DNA of 64,000 bases from a phage, in the NCBI GenBank assembly GCA_033648345.1, contig GCA_033648345.1_4121.1; one strand, 5' to 3'. The position numbers were made by a program, and so were the translations under genes. The notes below the pieces were generated by a model. The model was given only the letters and a program-made list of their open reading frames with translations. It was not told where the DNA came from and did not search any database. How positions within the stretch are numbered: position 1 is the first letter of the stretch; every line of letters starts with the position of its first letter. This document shows positions 17,754-27,613 of the stretch, one piece after another.

Positions 17754-18890
17754 TTAAACTGGTGGAGAATTATATGGCTCAAATTTATAAGTTGTCGTAG
17801 CAGTACCAGCAATGGCGTTGTTAGCTAGTATGTACATAGTCCTGTAGTCGATTACCACTACAGTAATACTACCACCAAAAGCATAGTCTGTTATGTTATT
17901 AGTGTTGAATGGTAAATTAGATGAACTGGTCCATGTATTAGCTGTTGTGCTATTTGTACCATTGGAATAACCTACACTAGATGCACCAGTTGTCCATAAG
18001 TTTCCATCATTGAACAAGGAGACATGGTTAGTTGTATATGATTTATTAGGTATAGAACTATCAATTGGTGTATTCCAAACTTTAGTAACCCATGTTGTAA
18101 CTGCTGTATTATTAGTAACGCCATTACCTAATGAACCATTTATTGGTATACCTCTTATATAAGAAGTGTTAGTACTAGGGTCAACATATCCAAATGTATA
18201 TGTATCAAATGCAAATTGAAAACAATCAGAACTCGGTAATGTGTACAGTAATGTATATGAAGACGTGTTTATTGATGAATTTGTACCGTTCACGCCTTGG
18301 TATAAAATACCACTAGCCAATATTTGATTATTATTTTTTGTTATAGTGTTCATTGATGGATATGTTTTCACATCACGCACATCATTAGTCACATATGTTT
18401 GTGTTGATAATGCAACGTTACTACCATTACCTATAACCCCTGTATTTGCACCACTCCCATAAAGTGAACCATCATTCAAAAGAACCATTGTAACATTACC
18501 ATTTCCCGTAATTGTTTTAATATTACTAACATCCACCGCAGCAAATACAGTTGATGTTAAATCAGTGAAACGTGTATAATGTGATGTTGTGCCATTGATT
18601 GGTGTCGCAAAACCAGAATACAATATTCTATTTTCTTTGGTAATAAGGAATGTTCCAGTAACACCATTTGAATGGATATCAACAATATTATCTCCCATTA
18701 ATACCCAATCACTTACGAATGTTGTTGTACCAGTACCTAACCCATGTGTAGTGTTGTAACCACGTCCATACACTCTACCATCACTGAGTAATGTTACCAC
18801 ACATTGACCACCACCACCAAGGATAACTTTTTGGATAGTACTCTTTACTTTTATATTCCCGTACTTAACCATTCTTGCAAAAGGTAACAT
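17754..18890 (-). CDS. RCC1-like beta-propeller repeat protein, MLPF family 2
   Basis: Starts MLPFARMVKYGN; HGLGTGTT, GVIGNGSN, GSLGNGVT repeats. Confidence 0.8.
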   Translation of the reverse strand: MLPFARMVKYGNIKVKSTIQKVILGGGGQCVVTLLSDGRVYGRGYNTTHGLGTGTTTFVSDWVLMGDNIVDIHSNGVTGTFLITKENRILYSGFATPINGTTSHYTRFTDLTSTVFAAVDVSNIKTITGNGNVTMVLLNDGSLYGSGANTGVIGNGSNVALSTQTYVTNDVRDVKTYPSMNTITKNNNQILASGILYQGVNGTNSSINTSSYTLLYTLPSSDCFQFAFDTYTFGYVDPSTNTSYIRGIPINGSLGNGVTNNTAVTTWVTKVWNTPIDSSIPNKSYTTNHVSLFNDGNLWTTGASSVGYSNGTNSTTANTWTSSSNLPFNTNNITDYAFGGSITVVVIDYRTMYILANNAIAGTATTTYKFEPYNSPPV

Positions 18891-18935
18891 AATTCCCTCC
18901 TTTATTCATTATACTATATTTAACCAAAAAGAAAA
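18891..18935 (-). promoter_or_regulatory. conserved -10-only promoter / SD cassette of the MLPF genes
   Basis: Minus strand reads TTAAATATAGTATAATGAATAAAGGAGGGAATTATG. Confidence 0.6.
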
Positions 18936-18954
18936 GCCAGTACTCTGTACTGGC
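18936..18954 (-). terminator. hairpin terminator
   Basis: GCCAGTAC-NNN-GTACTGGC then T-rich tract on minus strand. Confidence 0.65.
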
Positions 18955-18960
18955 ACTATA

Positions 18961-20310
18961 TTACAACAAATGTATTTCTGTGAGTGTTTGATATGTTACA
19001 CCGTTGTACACACCTCTCCAATATACCTTACCTTCAGTACTAACCACTAATAATCCATATGTTGTAAACCCAAGAGTACCACCAACATACATAGCATCTT
19101 TGATTTTAATACCAATGTCTTCATATGTAAATGAAGCGACTGCTCCCGCTTGCCATGAAGGACTAGCATAGTAATCACTATAAACACCATGTGCTTTATA
19201 TATTGATGTTGTTCCGGGTTCAAAAATTACAGTTCCACAGTAGTTCATTCGTATTTTGGTACTGGATGAAGTTGGTACATTTATACCTACATCATCTTTA
19301 ATCCCTGTAGTTAGGACGTTAAAACCACCCGCTACACGGTTGACGTCATTCGCACCGATTAGAAACATACCAACGTTGTAGCCCATATAATACACACTAC
19401 TTGTACCATTCCAGAAAGAAAAACCACCACCATTACCACAGCGATATAGTTGTGAATTTGAGCAGTACATCATGCCTTCGTTTGATGCATCAAAATCATC
19501 TGCTGTTCCGATTACAGCCACGGTAGTCCACGTTTTAATCACTTGGTTTGTACTAGCTGGTTTTTGTATACCATATCGTATATTATATCCCTTACCTACG
19601 ATTGTACCATCTTCTAATTTGGCATAAAGTACAGGTCTATTACCAACAAAATACACATTATTATGTGACATGTCTATTGTGCATCTTAATGAAACTGCTT
19701 TTTGTGTCAATTGATTATCTTTAGTAAAAGAAGTAAAGTAGTAATCTGATGTGGAGTTGTTTATTAAACCTTGAATCGACAAACCCATATACCAGATTTC
19801 ACCATTAGTGTTCAATGCTGCCAAAATACAACTATATTTTGAAGTGTATGCTGGGGTTAATGATGTTGCTGGACCTTTATCATATCCACCACAGAATACC
19901 ATTTCCACAACTTCACCTACGTTAGAAAAATAAGAAGATACATTTATAAAACCATTTGTTATAAAAGGTGCTGTAGTTATACTTGAATGTGTGAATATTC
20001 CATTTGCATATACACCACAAAAATGATATGAACCATCATTATCTTTAACTATTATTCCATTTGATAGTAGCCAAAAATTGTTTACATTTTTTCGTACTAA
20101 TTCAATTCCTGTACCATTGGTTGGTGTTATACCAAAAGAAACATATTTTGTTTGACCAATACCATATAAATTTCCATTTGATGCTAATATTGCACCAAAC
20201 CAATTACCACCACCATTCCTATCATGACCCATACCAATGGAGTCGAATTTCTTTACAGTTGGAACCTCTACTGTATTCCCATAATCAAATAATCTAACAA
20301 AAGGTAACAT
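18961..20310 (-). CDS. RCC1-like repeat protein, MLPF family 3 (longest, 449 aa)
   Basis: Starts MLPFVRLFDYGN; GGAGG RBS directly after upstream stop, no terminator between. Confidence 0.75.
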   Translation of the reverse strand: MLPFVRLFDYGNTVEVPTVKKFDSIGMGHDRNGGGNWFGAILASNGNLYGIGQTKYVSFGITPTNGTGIELVRKNVNNFWLLSNGIIVKDNDGSYHFCGVYANGIFTHSSITTAPFITNGFINVSSYFSNVGEVVEMVFCGGYDKGPATSLTPAYTSKYSCILAALNTNGEIWYMGLSIQGLINNSTSDYYFTSFTKDNQLTQKAVSLRCTIDMSHNNVYFVGNRPVLYAKLEDGTIVGKGYNIRYGIQKPASTNQVIKTWTTVAVIGTADDFDASNEGMMYCSNSQLYRCGNGGGFSFWNGTSSVYYMGYNVGMFLIGANDVNRVAGGFNVLTTGIKDDVGINVPTSSSTKIRMNYCGTVIFEPGTTSIYKAHGVYSDYYASPSWQAGAVASFTYEDIGIKIKDAMYVGGTLGFTTYGLLVVSTEGKVYWRGVYNGVTYQTLTEIHLL

Positions 20311-20320
20311 ATATTCCTCC

Positions 20321-21500
20321 TTAAACTTGTGGTAGTGGGTATTCTGTTAACGTCCATGTACCAACAACTGTTCCAATTGGTGACCTACCCGTGTAATATA
20401 ATTTATTATCCGCATACACAAATAATGCACCATCATTGGCAGCAACCAATGAGGTATCTGGATCAAATACCAAAGAGCTTGGAAATTGTGTTTGAACGAA
20501 AATCGAAGCATTGTTAGTTGAGTTGATGCCGAGTTGCCCCTGGTTATTATACCCAGTACCAAAAATACGTTTCCCATTTCTATACAATATACCCCTTGAA
20601 CTTTGTGAATGTAGTGGTATAAATTCAAAATCGGAAACATCAGTTAATTGTAAATAAGTACTTTGTGGAGTTAATGATGTCTTATTAGTATTGGTTGTAA
20701 TTCCATTACCTAATTGTCCGCACTACTTGTGCTCCTACGCCATATAGCGGATAAGTACCATCTGAATAAAGAACTATACCCAACATATTAGTATGTGAAA
20801 AAATATCAATGGGATATTTCCCAGGACCAAAATCATACTTTGTCCAACTCGTTAATGTAGCCGAAGCAGCACCAGTTAACAACGTACCAGAAGTAGTTTT
20901 ACCACATCGCCACGCAGTATTATCATTCTTAATTATCCAAGTTGGACTATTAAAAAATGAACTAACCTTTTTGACATTAATATTAACCTGAGTTAATGAT
21001 GTAAGCATTTCTGAAGTAGTACCCAACTCATATGTAGAATTGTCACCTATAGCATAAAGAACCCCACTATTTGTTAGTACAAACATATTACGAGCATTAG
21101 GATATATCTCTTTAATATTATCTATATCAATACTAGAAAAATAAGAAGTACATTCAACAAATGTAGTACTTTGTACTGAATTTGATGTACCTGTCCAAAT
21201 ATCCCAACCTGCATAATAAAATTTATTATCATTTGTCTGTACTAAACTAAATGAAGCATTCCTGGTGCACCAGAAATTTTTCACATTTTTCATTAAGAGA
21301 ACCCAGTTGTTCTGTGTGGTAGTATTTCCAAGTCCGAAAATACCAGCGTTGTTTCCTCCTATACCCCACAAATCACCATTCTTATACAGAAGCATTAATG
21401 TATTGTTGATAAACGCCGATGGTGCTTGCATCTTAATTACATTAGATTCATAAACAGGTTTAACATTCCCGTACTTAACCATTCTTGCAAAAGGTAACAT
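20321..21500 (-). pseudogene. RCC1-like MLPF family 4, interrupted by a frameshift near 20715-20725
   Basis: MLPFARMVKYGN frame stops at 20706; an offset frame continues CGQLGNGITTN... without stops to 20321, restoring the family length of about 390 aa. Confidence 0.6.
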
Positions 21501-21545
21501 ATTTCCTCCTTTTATTTGTTATACTATATTTAATAAAAAAGAAAA
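21501..21545 (-). promoter_or_regulatory. conserved -10-only promoter / SD cassette
   Basis: TTAAATATAGTATAACAAATAAAAGGAGGAAATATG on minus strand. Confidence 0.55.
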
Positions 21546-21579
21546 GCCAGTACAGAGTACATGCATTGTATTTCACATT

Positions 21580-22755
21580 TTATTCTGGTAAAATCATTTT
21601 CTTCATTTTAACTTGTTGTGTACCTGGACTCTGTTCCTGAAACATAGACCCGTTACCACACCAGTACACCTCATTAGTCCCCACTAACGCGTATAACACA
21701 CCAGAACCACCTTGAACTGAAAATGCATTAACATCTGGTGCAACATCCATATCCTCATATTGTACCTGGTGGTAATAAGATCTTTCTGATGCAGTAGTAA
21801 CAGGCCAACCAAGAGGAACACCACTACCACATGTATAAAGTTTACCATTCTGTGTCATTGCCATTATAAAATAATTCAAACTGTGATTGTTCATCGACCC
21901 AGCATCTGGTATAATACCACTAATTGCGGGAGTGGCACTAAATGGACTCATGATAATAGTAGTGTCGCCATACCCTATTCCTAAACAATAATCAGTGTTT
22001 TTTCCAGCCGTATATACATTAATATTATTTCTATTAGATGTAAGTACTGAAGTCGTTAATGTAGTACATGAAATACCAATAACTGTTCCCGATATATCAG
22101 TACTTACCGTAAATGTCGAAAGGTTAGAAGAACCTGATCCTAAGTTGTAACTTGCGTTATTCCCACATCTGTAGTATTGATTATTTTTAACATAATGGAA
22201 AGCATCCCCAGCCGTTGTTCCCGCAATTATAGTAACCCCAGTAGCAATCTGAATTGGCGTTGTTTTTCTACCAGTAACACCCAATGCACCTCCTGTATTA
22301 CGCCCAATCCCATATAAGTCCCCATTACTTAACAAAATCAATAACGCACCATTTGATGCAGTAGTTTCAGTAGCAGCTATATCTACTACTGTAGTAAGTG
22401 CTGGTATTGTAGACAATAAAGATGTGATATTAGTCCATCCAGGAACTGGTGATGCAGATACACCGACATAACCCATTTGACCAGCTAAGTAAAATTCTCC
22501 GTCAGTCGTAAGTATAATTGTTGCTGCAAAGAAGCACCAAACATTAGAAACTTTATATGGACACTGTACCCACCCATTTTGCACATACGCAGTGCTATTA
22601 TTTCCTAGCATATAGTGTGCACCATTTCCACGTAGATATAAGTTACCACTATCAAATAACATACCCATATGTGATGGAGATGTACTTATCTTCATAACAC
22701 CTGAAGGTGCTGGAACTCTGTTTCCGTACTTAACCATTCTTGCAAAAGGTAACAT
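21580..22755 (-). CDS. RCC1-like beta-propeller repeat protein, MLPF family 5
   Basis: True start MLPFARMVKYGN at 22755; the track's upstream extension translates the promoter/SD cassette (..MNKGGN). Confidence 0.8.
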   Translation of the reverse strand: MLPFARMVKYGNRVPAPSGVMKISTSPSHMGMLFDSGNLYLRGNGAHYMLGNNSTAYVQNGWVQCPYKVSNVWCFFAATIILTTDGEFYLAGQMGYVGVSASPVPGWTNITSLLSTIPALTTVVDIAATETTASNGALLILLSNGDLYGIGRNTGGALGVTGRKTTPIQIATGVTIIAGTTAGDAFHYVKNNQYYRCGNNASYNLGSGSSNLSTFTVSTDISGTVIGISCTTLTTSVLTSNRNNINVYTAGKNTDYCLGIGYGDTTIIMSPFSATPAISGIIPDAGSMNNHSLNYFIMAMTQNGKLYTCGSGVPLGWPVTTASERSYYHQVQYEDMDVAPDVNAFSVQGGSGVLYALVGTNEVYWCGNGSMFQEQSPGTQQVKMKKMILPE

Positions 22756-22800
22756 ATTTCCTCCTTTATTCATTATACTATATTTAATACAAAAAGAAAT
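22756..22800 (-). promoter_or_regulatory. conserved -10-only promoter / SD cassette
   Basis: TTAAATATAGTATAATGAATAAAGGAGGAAATATG. Confidence 0.6.
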
Positions 22801-22821
22801 GCCAGTATCAAGTACTGGCAT
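22801..22821 (-). terminator. hairpin terminator (slightly degenerate)
   Basis: TGCCAGTA-tcaa-TACTGGCA. Confidence 0.5.
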
Positions 22822-22826
22822 TGTGT

Positions 22827-24006
22827 TTATCTAAAAGGAACGCACTTTTTGAATTTATATATATATCCAGTCTCACCTTGTTCAGTAAAATACCCAGGGT
22901 TTCCAGTCCAGTATAAATCCTCACCTATACTAACTACCGATACTGAACCATTACCAATCGTACCAAACCACTCAACATGTGATAAGTCAACACTATCATC
23001 AAAGAATTCTATTGGTAATATTGAACCATAATTCCCAGAGACTGCGTTGCGGCCTAAACCAGCACCATTAGAATTATATCCCTTACCATTCGTATTAATA
23101 ATGTTAGTACTGGATTTTATTGCATTAACATAGGATACTGGTGAAAGTTTATCGAATGAATTTGCTGTTATATCGGTATAGGGATTGGTAGTAAATGATG
23201 ACCTTATTATACCAGTATTTTCAGAACCACCTATAGTCAACTGTGTGTTCCAACCAGCCGCCATTAAAGACAAAGCAGATGTACTACTTTGAACAATCAA
23301 ACGTGTTACCCATCGTGTAGCTTGTACTGCAATTACATGAGAACTACCAAGATTCAATGCAGTAAAACTAGTAATAGGCTTATTATCACCGGTTCCTAAT
23401 TGATAAAAAGTATTCTCACCACAACGATAATATATACCATCTTTTATATAGTGAAAGTTTCTGCTCATTTCACTAGATGCAATTGCAGATACACTAGTGT
23501 CAATTAAGAGTGGAGATGTAATTGGTGCAGTTGCTGTACCCAATTCACTTGCACCATTCATGCCTATACCATATAACTGCCCGTCACTTGTTAGTATTAA
23601 CATGGAATTGTTAGTTCCGGTTGATGATGTTATTTTTATATCTTTTATTGAACTCGGAGAAATAAATCCAAAATATGATTCACAACGAGTCCATGTTGAA
23701 ACCGAAGATGATATACCAAAAACTGAGTTAGTCCCACTATAGTACAATTCCCCTTGTTTTGTTCTAATTATAGTACAATATAGAGAACTCCAGAAATCAT
23801 CAACACTATAAGGACATAAAACCCATCTATCCAAAAAAGATGAACCAGTAACTCCCATTTTTGCTGATTGGTTTCCGTCCACGCATATATAATGACCCAT
23901 CACTGTATAATACGCTTATTGAATTTTCATCACTATTAATTTTAACAACAGTATCTTTGACAGGGGCAATATTCCCATAATCAAATAATCTAACAAAAGG
24001 TAACAT
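22827..24006 (-). pseudogene. RCC1-like MLPF family 6, interrupted by a +1 frameshift near 23877-23883
   Basis: MLPFVRLFDYGNIAPVKD...SLYMRG frame from 24006 runs into a stop at 23827-23829; main ORF frame (..DGNQSAKMGVTGSS..) is offset by one nt. Confidence 0.6.
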
Positions 24007-24051
24007 ATATTCCTCCTTTATTCATTATACTATATTTAATAAAAAAGAAAA
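24007..24051 (-). promoter_or_regulatory. conserved -10-only promoter / SD cassette
   Basis: TTAAATATAGTATAATGAATAAAGGAGGAATATATG. Confidence 0.6.
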
Positions 24052-24070
24052 GCCAGTACTGAGTACTGGC
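24052..24070 (-). terminator. hairpin terminator
   Basis: GCCAGTACT-c-AGTACTGGC + TTTTCTTTTTT on minus strand. Confidence 0.7.
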
Positions 24071-24076
24071 ATTATG

Positions 24077-25186
24077 TTATTTTGGTAAATCAATTTTAGT
24101 AAAGACTGCAACATCTGCACTTGCACCTGGAATGGCGTAATACGATCCAGTACTATATACATTCCCGTCTTTGGTTAATAATGATGTTAATCCGTCACTA
24201 AAAGCAACATCACTAATCTCACTAACTTCTACAGGTAATTGTAAATTAGCAGCACTATAGATAGCACCCGTTTGAGAATTGTTTAATCCCAAACCACGGT
24301 TTCCCCCAATACCTTTCTGATATGCACTAGTTAATATAATTTGCGTAGCCGTGCTTGTTGCCTCTGAATTTGTCATAAACAAAGGTGAATTATTAGGTAA
24401 AGTACTTACAGGAACTGCTTTGAATGTAGTTGAATCTGAACTAAGAAAGTTTGGAGTTGTACCACATGTGAAATATGATGTACCATTATAGTAATTGAGT
24501 GTATGTCCACCAATAGCTGCATCTATTACACCAGAACTACGCAGTCCCCAAATGTTAACTTGTGTTCTGTTCCCTGTGCCATGTAATCCACGGTCATTCC
24601 ACCCTGAACTATATAACTTATTATCTATGCTAATATACATACTATCATTAGGAGTAGACATAACTTTACGCACATTAGAAGCACATAGTGTTAATGTATA
24701 TATTGATGAAGAACCAATCCCCAATACACCACGGTATCCATTAGCTCCAGCACCATAGAGTACTGAACTTGAACTGAGTACAAATATTACACCACCATTG
24801 CATACAATATTAGCAATTTGATTCACAGGAATTGTATTTGTAAACCACTCCGTTCTATCAACTAATGTAGTACTGTAAGAAGTTGTTGTTGATGATGTGA
24901 ACCAATATGTTTCACCTGATGTCCATATCGTATTGTCATTTTTAATAATAACAAGTGTTCGTCCTCCAGTGAAAAAATTAGAAACATCTGCACTTACTAA
25001 TGTCCAAGAAGATACCGTGTTTTTATTACCATTTCCAGATTCACCACCTTGATTTCTGCCTATGTAATACAATTCATGTGAATCAGTCAATACGAATTGA
25101 CCTTGAGTAGAAGCACCAACTTTAATTATATTTTTAGGACCAGAGGTAATATTCCCATAATCAAATAGTCTTACAAAAGGTAACAT
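24077..25186 (-). CDS. RCC1-like beta-propeller repeat protein, MLPF family 7
   Basis: True start MLPFVRLFDYGN at 25186; AGGAGG RBS lies inside the end of the upstream gene. Confidence 0.8.
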   Translation of the reverse strand: MLPFVRLFDYGNITSGPKNIIKVGASTQGQFVLTDSHELYYIGRNQGGESGNGNKNTVSSWTLVSADVSNFFTGGRTLVIIKNDNTIWTSGETYWFTSSTTTSYSTTLVDRTEWFTNTIPVNQIANIVCNGGVIFVLSSSSVLYGAGANGYRGVLGIGSSSIYTLTLCASNVRKVMSTPNDSMYISIDNKLYSSGWNDRGLHGTGNRTQVNIWGLRSSGVIDAAIGGHTLNYYNGTSYFTCGTTPNFLSSDSTTFKAVPVSTLPNNSPLFMTNSEATSTATQIILTSAYQKGIGGNRGLGLNNSQTGAIYSAANLQLPVEVSEISDVAFSDGLTSLLTKDGNVYSTGSYYAIPGASADVAVFTKIDLPK

Positions 25187-25194
25187 AATTCCTC

Positions 25195-26397
25195 CTATTG
25201 TTGCCATAACTGCGTTGGCATTAATGTTAGTGTAGTAATACTATAAGTGCCATCAGGCAATCTACCACCATTACCATTCCAGCCACCACATGCATATAAT
25301 TTATAATCTTTAGTAATTATTATGGTTCTGCTCCAATCTTTAGATGCCATAAGAACATTGTCATAACCACCACTTATTGCATTAAGATTAAAAATATTCC
25401 AAGTCCTAACTAATGTATTAGTTCCATTACCTTCTTGACCGTATCCGTTAGCACCACTACTTCTAACATATGGTGCGTATTGTGCCATAGGTGCACCAAT
25501 TGATGCATTTCCCATATTACTTGGACAAATAAAAGTACTGTACTTACTTACATCAACCGTGACCGATGTGTTCCTAATTGGTGTTAGCTGATTTACCGAT
25601 GTAGTCGTACCATTACCAGCTTGTCCAGTACTGTTAGCCCCGCTATAATATACAGGCCCACCAGTAGTAAACCACCAAGTAACATCGTATGTAGTACTAA
25701 TATGTTCGACATCACTCATCACATATTTGTTCAAATATATCATAGAACTAGCACCACAACCACTTTCACCGAAGTTATCCTTACCACAAAACCATGCCTT
25801 TTTATTTGATTTAATATAGTGCGTTCCTTGTAATGAACATGCCATATGTGTAACTTCACCCATATTAGTCATAACTGTTAGTGTAGGTATGGAATTTTGA
25901 TTACCAGACCCACATTCACCATTGGTATTTCTTCCACACGCAATTACTCTACCATCGGTTAATAATATTCTAGTACTTTCACCTATATATACACTCTTGA
26001 TCATATTAGCCATAACACCAATTTTATTAAATGAAGCAGTAACATCAGTCCATGTTCTCAAATAACCATTAACAGGTGTTGCATCTCCATAATCAGAAAA
26101 TGCACCAACCGACCCAGTGTAGTATATTTTATTATCCAAATCAATCATCAATGAACCTTGAACACCAAGCCAAAAGGCTGCACATCGCGTTGCAAGTACT
26201 GTAAATGACGCAACTGCTGCTGAATTCCCAAGACCAAATTGATAAAAGTTATTACTACCATAACCATATAAAGTATTAGTTGGGCTATGTAGATACATAC
26301 AGTTTGTATAATGTTGTTGTAAAACATTTGAGAACTCTATTGGTTCTGGCCCTGGTGCAATATTCCCGAACTTAACCATCCTCGCAAAAGGTAACAT
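25195..26397 (-). CDS. RCC1-like beta-propeller repeat protein, MLPF family 8 (close paralogue of 28805-29998)
   Basis: Starts MLPFARMVKFGN; long identical runs with family 11; ends LMPTQLWQQ. Confidence 0.8.
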   Translation of the reverse strand: MLPFARMVKFGNIAPGPEPIEFSNVLQQHYTNCMYLHSPTNTLYGYGSNNFYQFGLGNSAAVASFTVLATRCAAFWLGVQGSLMIDLDNKIYYTGSVGAFSDYGDATPVNGYLRTWTDVTASFNKIGVMANMIKSVYIGESTRILLTDGRVIACGRNTNGECGSGNQNSIPTLTVMTNMGEVTHMACSLQGTHYIKSNKKAWFCGKDNFGESGCGASSMIYLNKYVMSDVEHISTTYDVTWWFTTGGPVYYSGANSTGQAGNGTTTSVNQLTPIRNTSVTVDVSKYSTFICPSNMGNASIGAPMAQYAPYVRSSGANGYGQEGNGTNTLVRTWNIFNLNAISGGYDNVLMASKDWSRTIIITKDYKLYACGGWNGNGGRLPDGTYSITTLTLMPTQLWQQ

Positions 26398-26407
26398 ATT
26401 TCTCTCC

Positions 26408-27538
26408 TTAATTTAATAATGCCCCTGGCAAATCCACTTTGACGAATTGTGCATATGCTGAGGAATTTTGATCAAAGTTTGGTCCCAATCCATAAAATGA
26501 GCTAATGCCGTCTTCATTTGTGTATATGATATAAACGTTCTTTACATCATTTCCGCATATAAATCGAATGTCTTTCGTTTGTGTTCCCGCTGGAACATTA
26601 CGAAGGCTCACAACGCCATTACTTGCATTGTTATCAGCCGACGCAATTGGTAATTGATTTTGACCATATTGACCACGCATATTTTTTGCATCTAAACCAA
26701 ACACAGTATTTGATACCGCACCAACTTTCAAAAATGAACCAAAACTATCATTGAATGACTTTGGAAATGTACCACTATAAACACTTCTCCCATCTGATAA
26801 TACCGCTGAACTGAATTTCCCGCTATTCGATATGGCAAATTCATTGTAAGGAAGTGTACCCATTTTGGTATATACAGAATATGAATTAGTGGAAGTATTA
26901 TCAATAATCTTATTACCATTATATCCAATACCATACTGGTATCCGTCTGCATCTTGAACTATACACAAAGGACCACTTGGGGTTTGTGTCAACGAAACAA
27001 CACGTTCAACTTGTATATCACCAAATGTATTTCTTCGCCATGTTCTATCTATTATAGTACTAGTATTACCCAAAGATAATGCCACACTATATAATAGATT
27101 GTTTTCAGTAAAAATGGCAACATAATATGCGTGGTTAATAACTTGCTTCATCCCAGCATCAATAACTTCCTGTGGAATATGATCAGTAACATCCAACCAA
27201 TCAAGGTTAGATGATGCAATATCTGGAGTACTGAATTTGTCAAATCTAGTTGAGCCACAAACTAGCACTCTATCATCATTTGTCAAAGCCACTGTGCTAG
27301 TCTGCATATTAGAACTGAATGATTTAACATTACTAATGTTAGACTTGTACCAACCCTTATCAGCAGCACCCACCGTGAATCCGGTTCCCATTGATCCACT
27401 TGTACTTGTACCATAAGCCCACATCTCACCACTATATGTTAGTGCCATACAGTGGCTTCCATTTGCTTGGAAATCCTTTATACCAGTGGGAGCAACCACT
27501 GTATTCCCATAATCAAACATTCTAACAAAAGGTAACAT
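26408..27538 (-). CDS. RCC1-like repeat protein, MLPF family 9
   Basis: True start MLPFVRMFDYGN at 27538. Confidence 0.75.
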   Translation of the reverse strand: MLPFVRMFDYGNTVVAPTGIKDFQANGSHCMALTYSGEMWAYGTSTSGSMGTGFTVGAADKGWYKSNISNVKSFSSNMQTSTVALTNDDRVLVCGSTRFDKFSTPDIASSNLDWLDVTDHIPQEVIDAGMKQVINHAYYVAIFTENNLLYSVALSLGNTSTIIDRTWRRNTFGDIQVERVVSLTQTPSGPLCIVQDADGYQYGIGYNGNKIIDNTSTNSYSVYTKMGTLPYNEFAISNSGKFSSAVLSDGRSVYSGTFPKSFNDSFGSFLKVGAVSNTVFGLDAKNMRGQYGQNQLPIASADNNASNGVVSLRNVPAGTQTKDIRFICGNDVKNVYIIYTNEDGISSFYGLGPNFDQNSSAYAQFVKVDLPGALLN

Positions 27539-27583
27539 AACTAAAATCTCCATATAATAATTATAATGTATTTACAAAAAAAA

Positions 27584-27609
27584 TACCAGTACGTATTTCA
27601 GTACTGGTA
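27584..27609 (-). terminator. hairpin terminator
   Basis: TACCAGTAC-8 nt-GTACTGGTA + T8 on minus strand. Confidence 0.65.
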
Positions 27610-27613
27610 TCAT

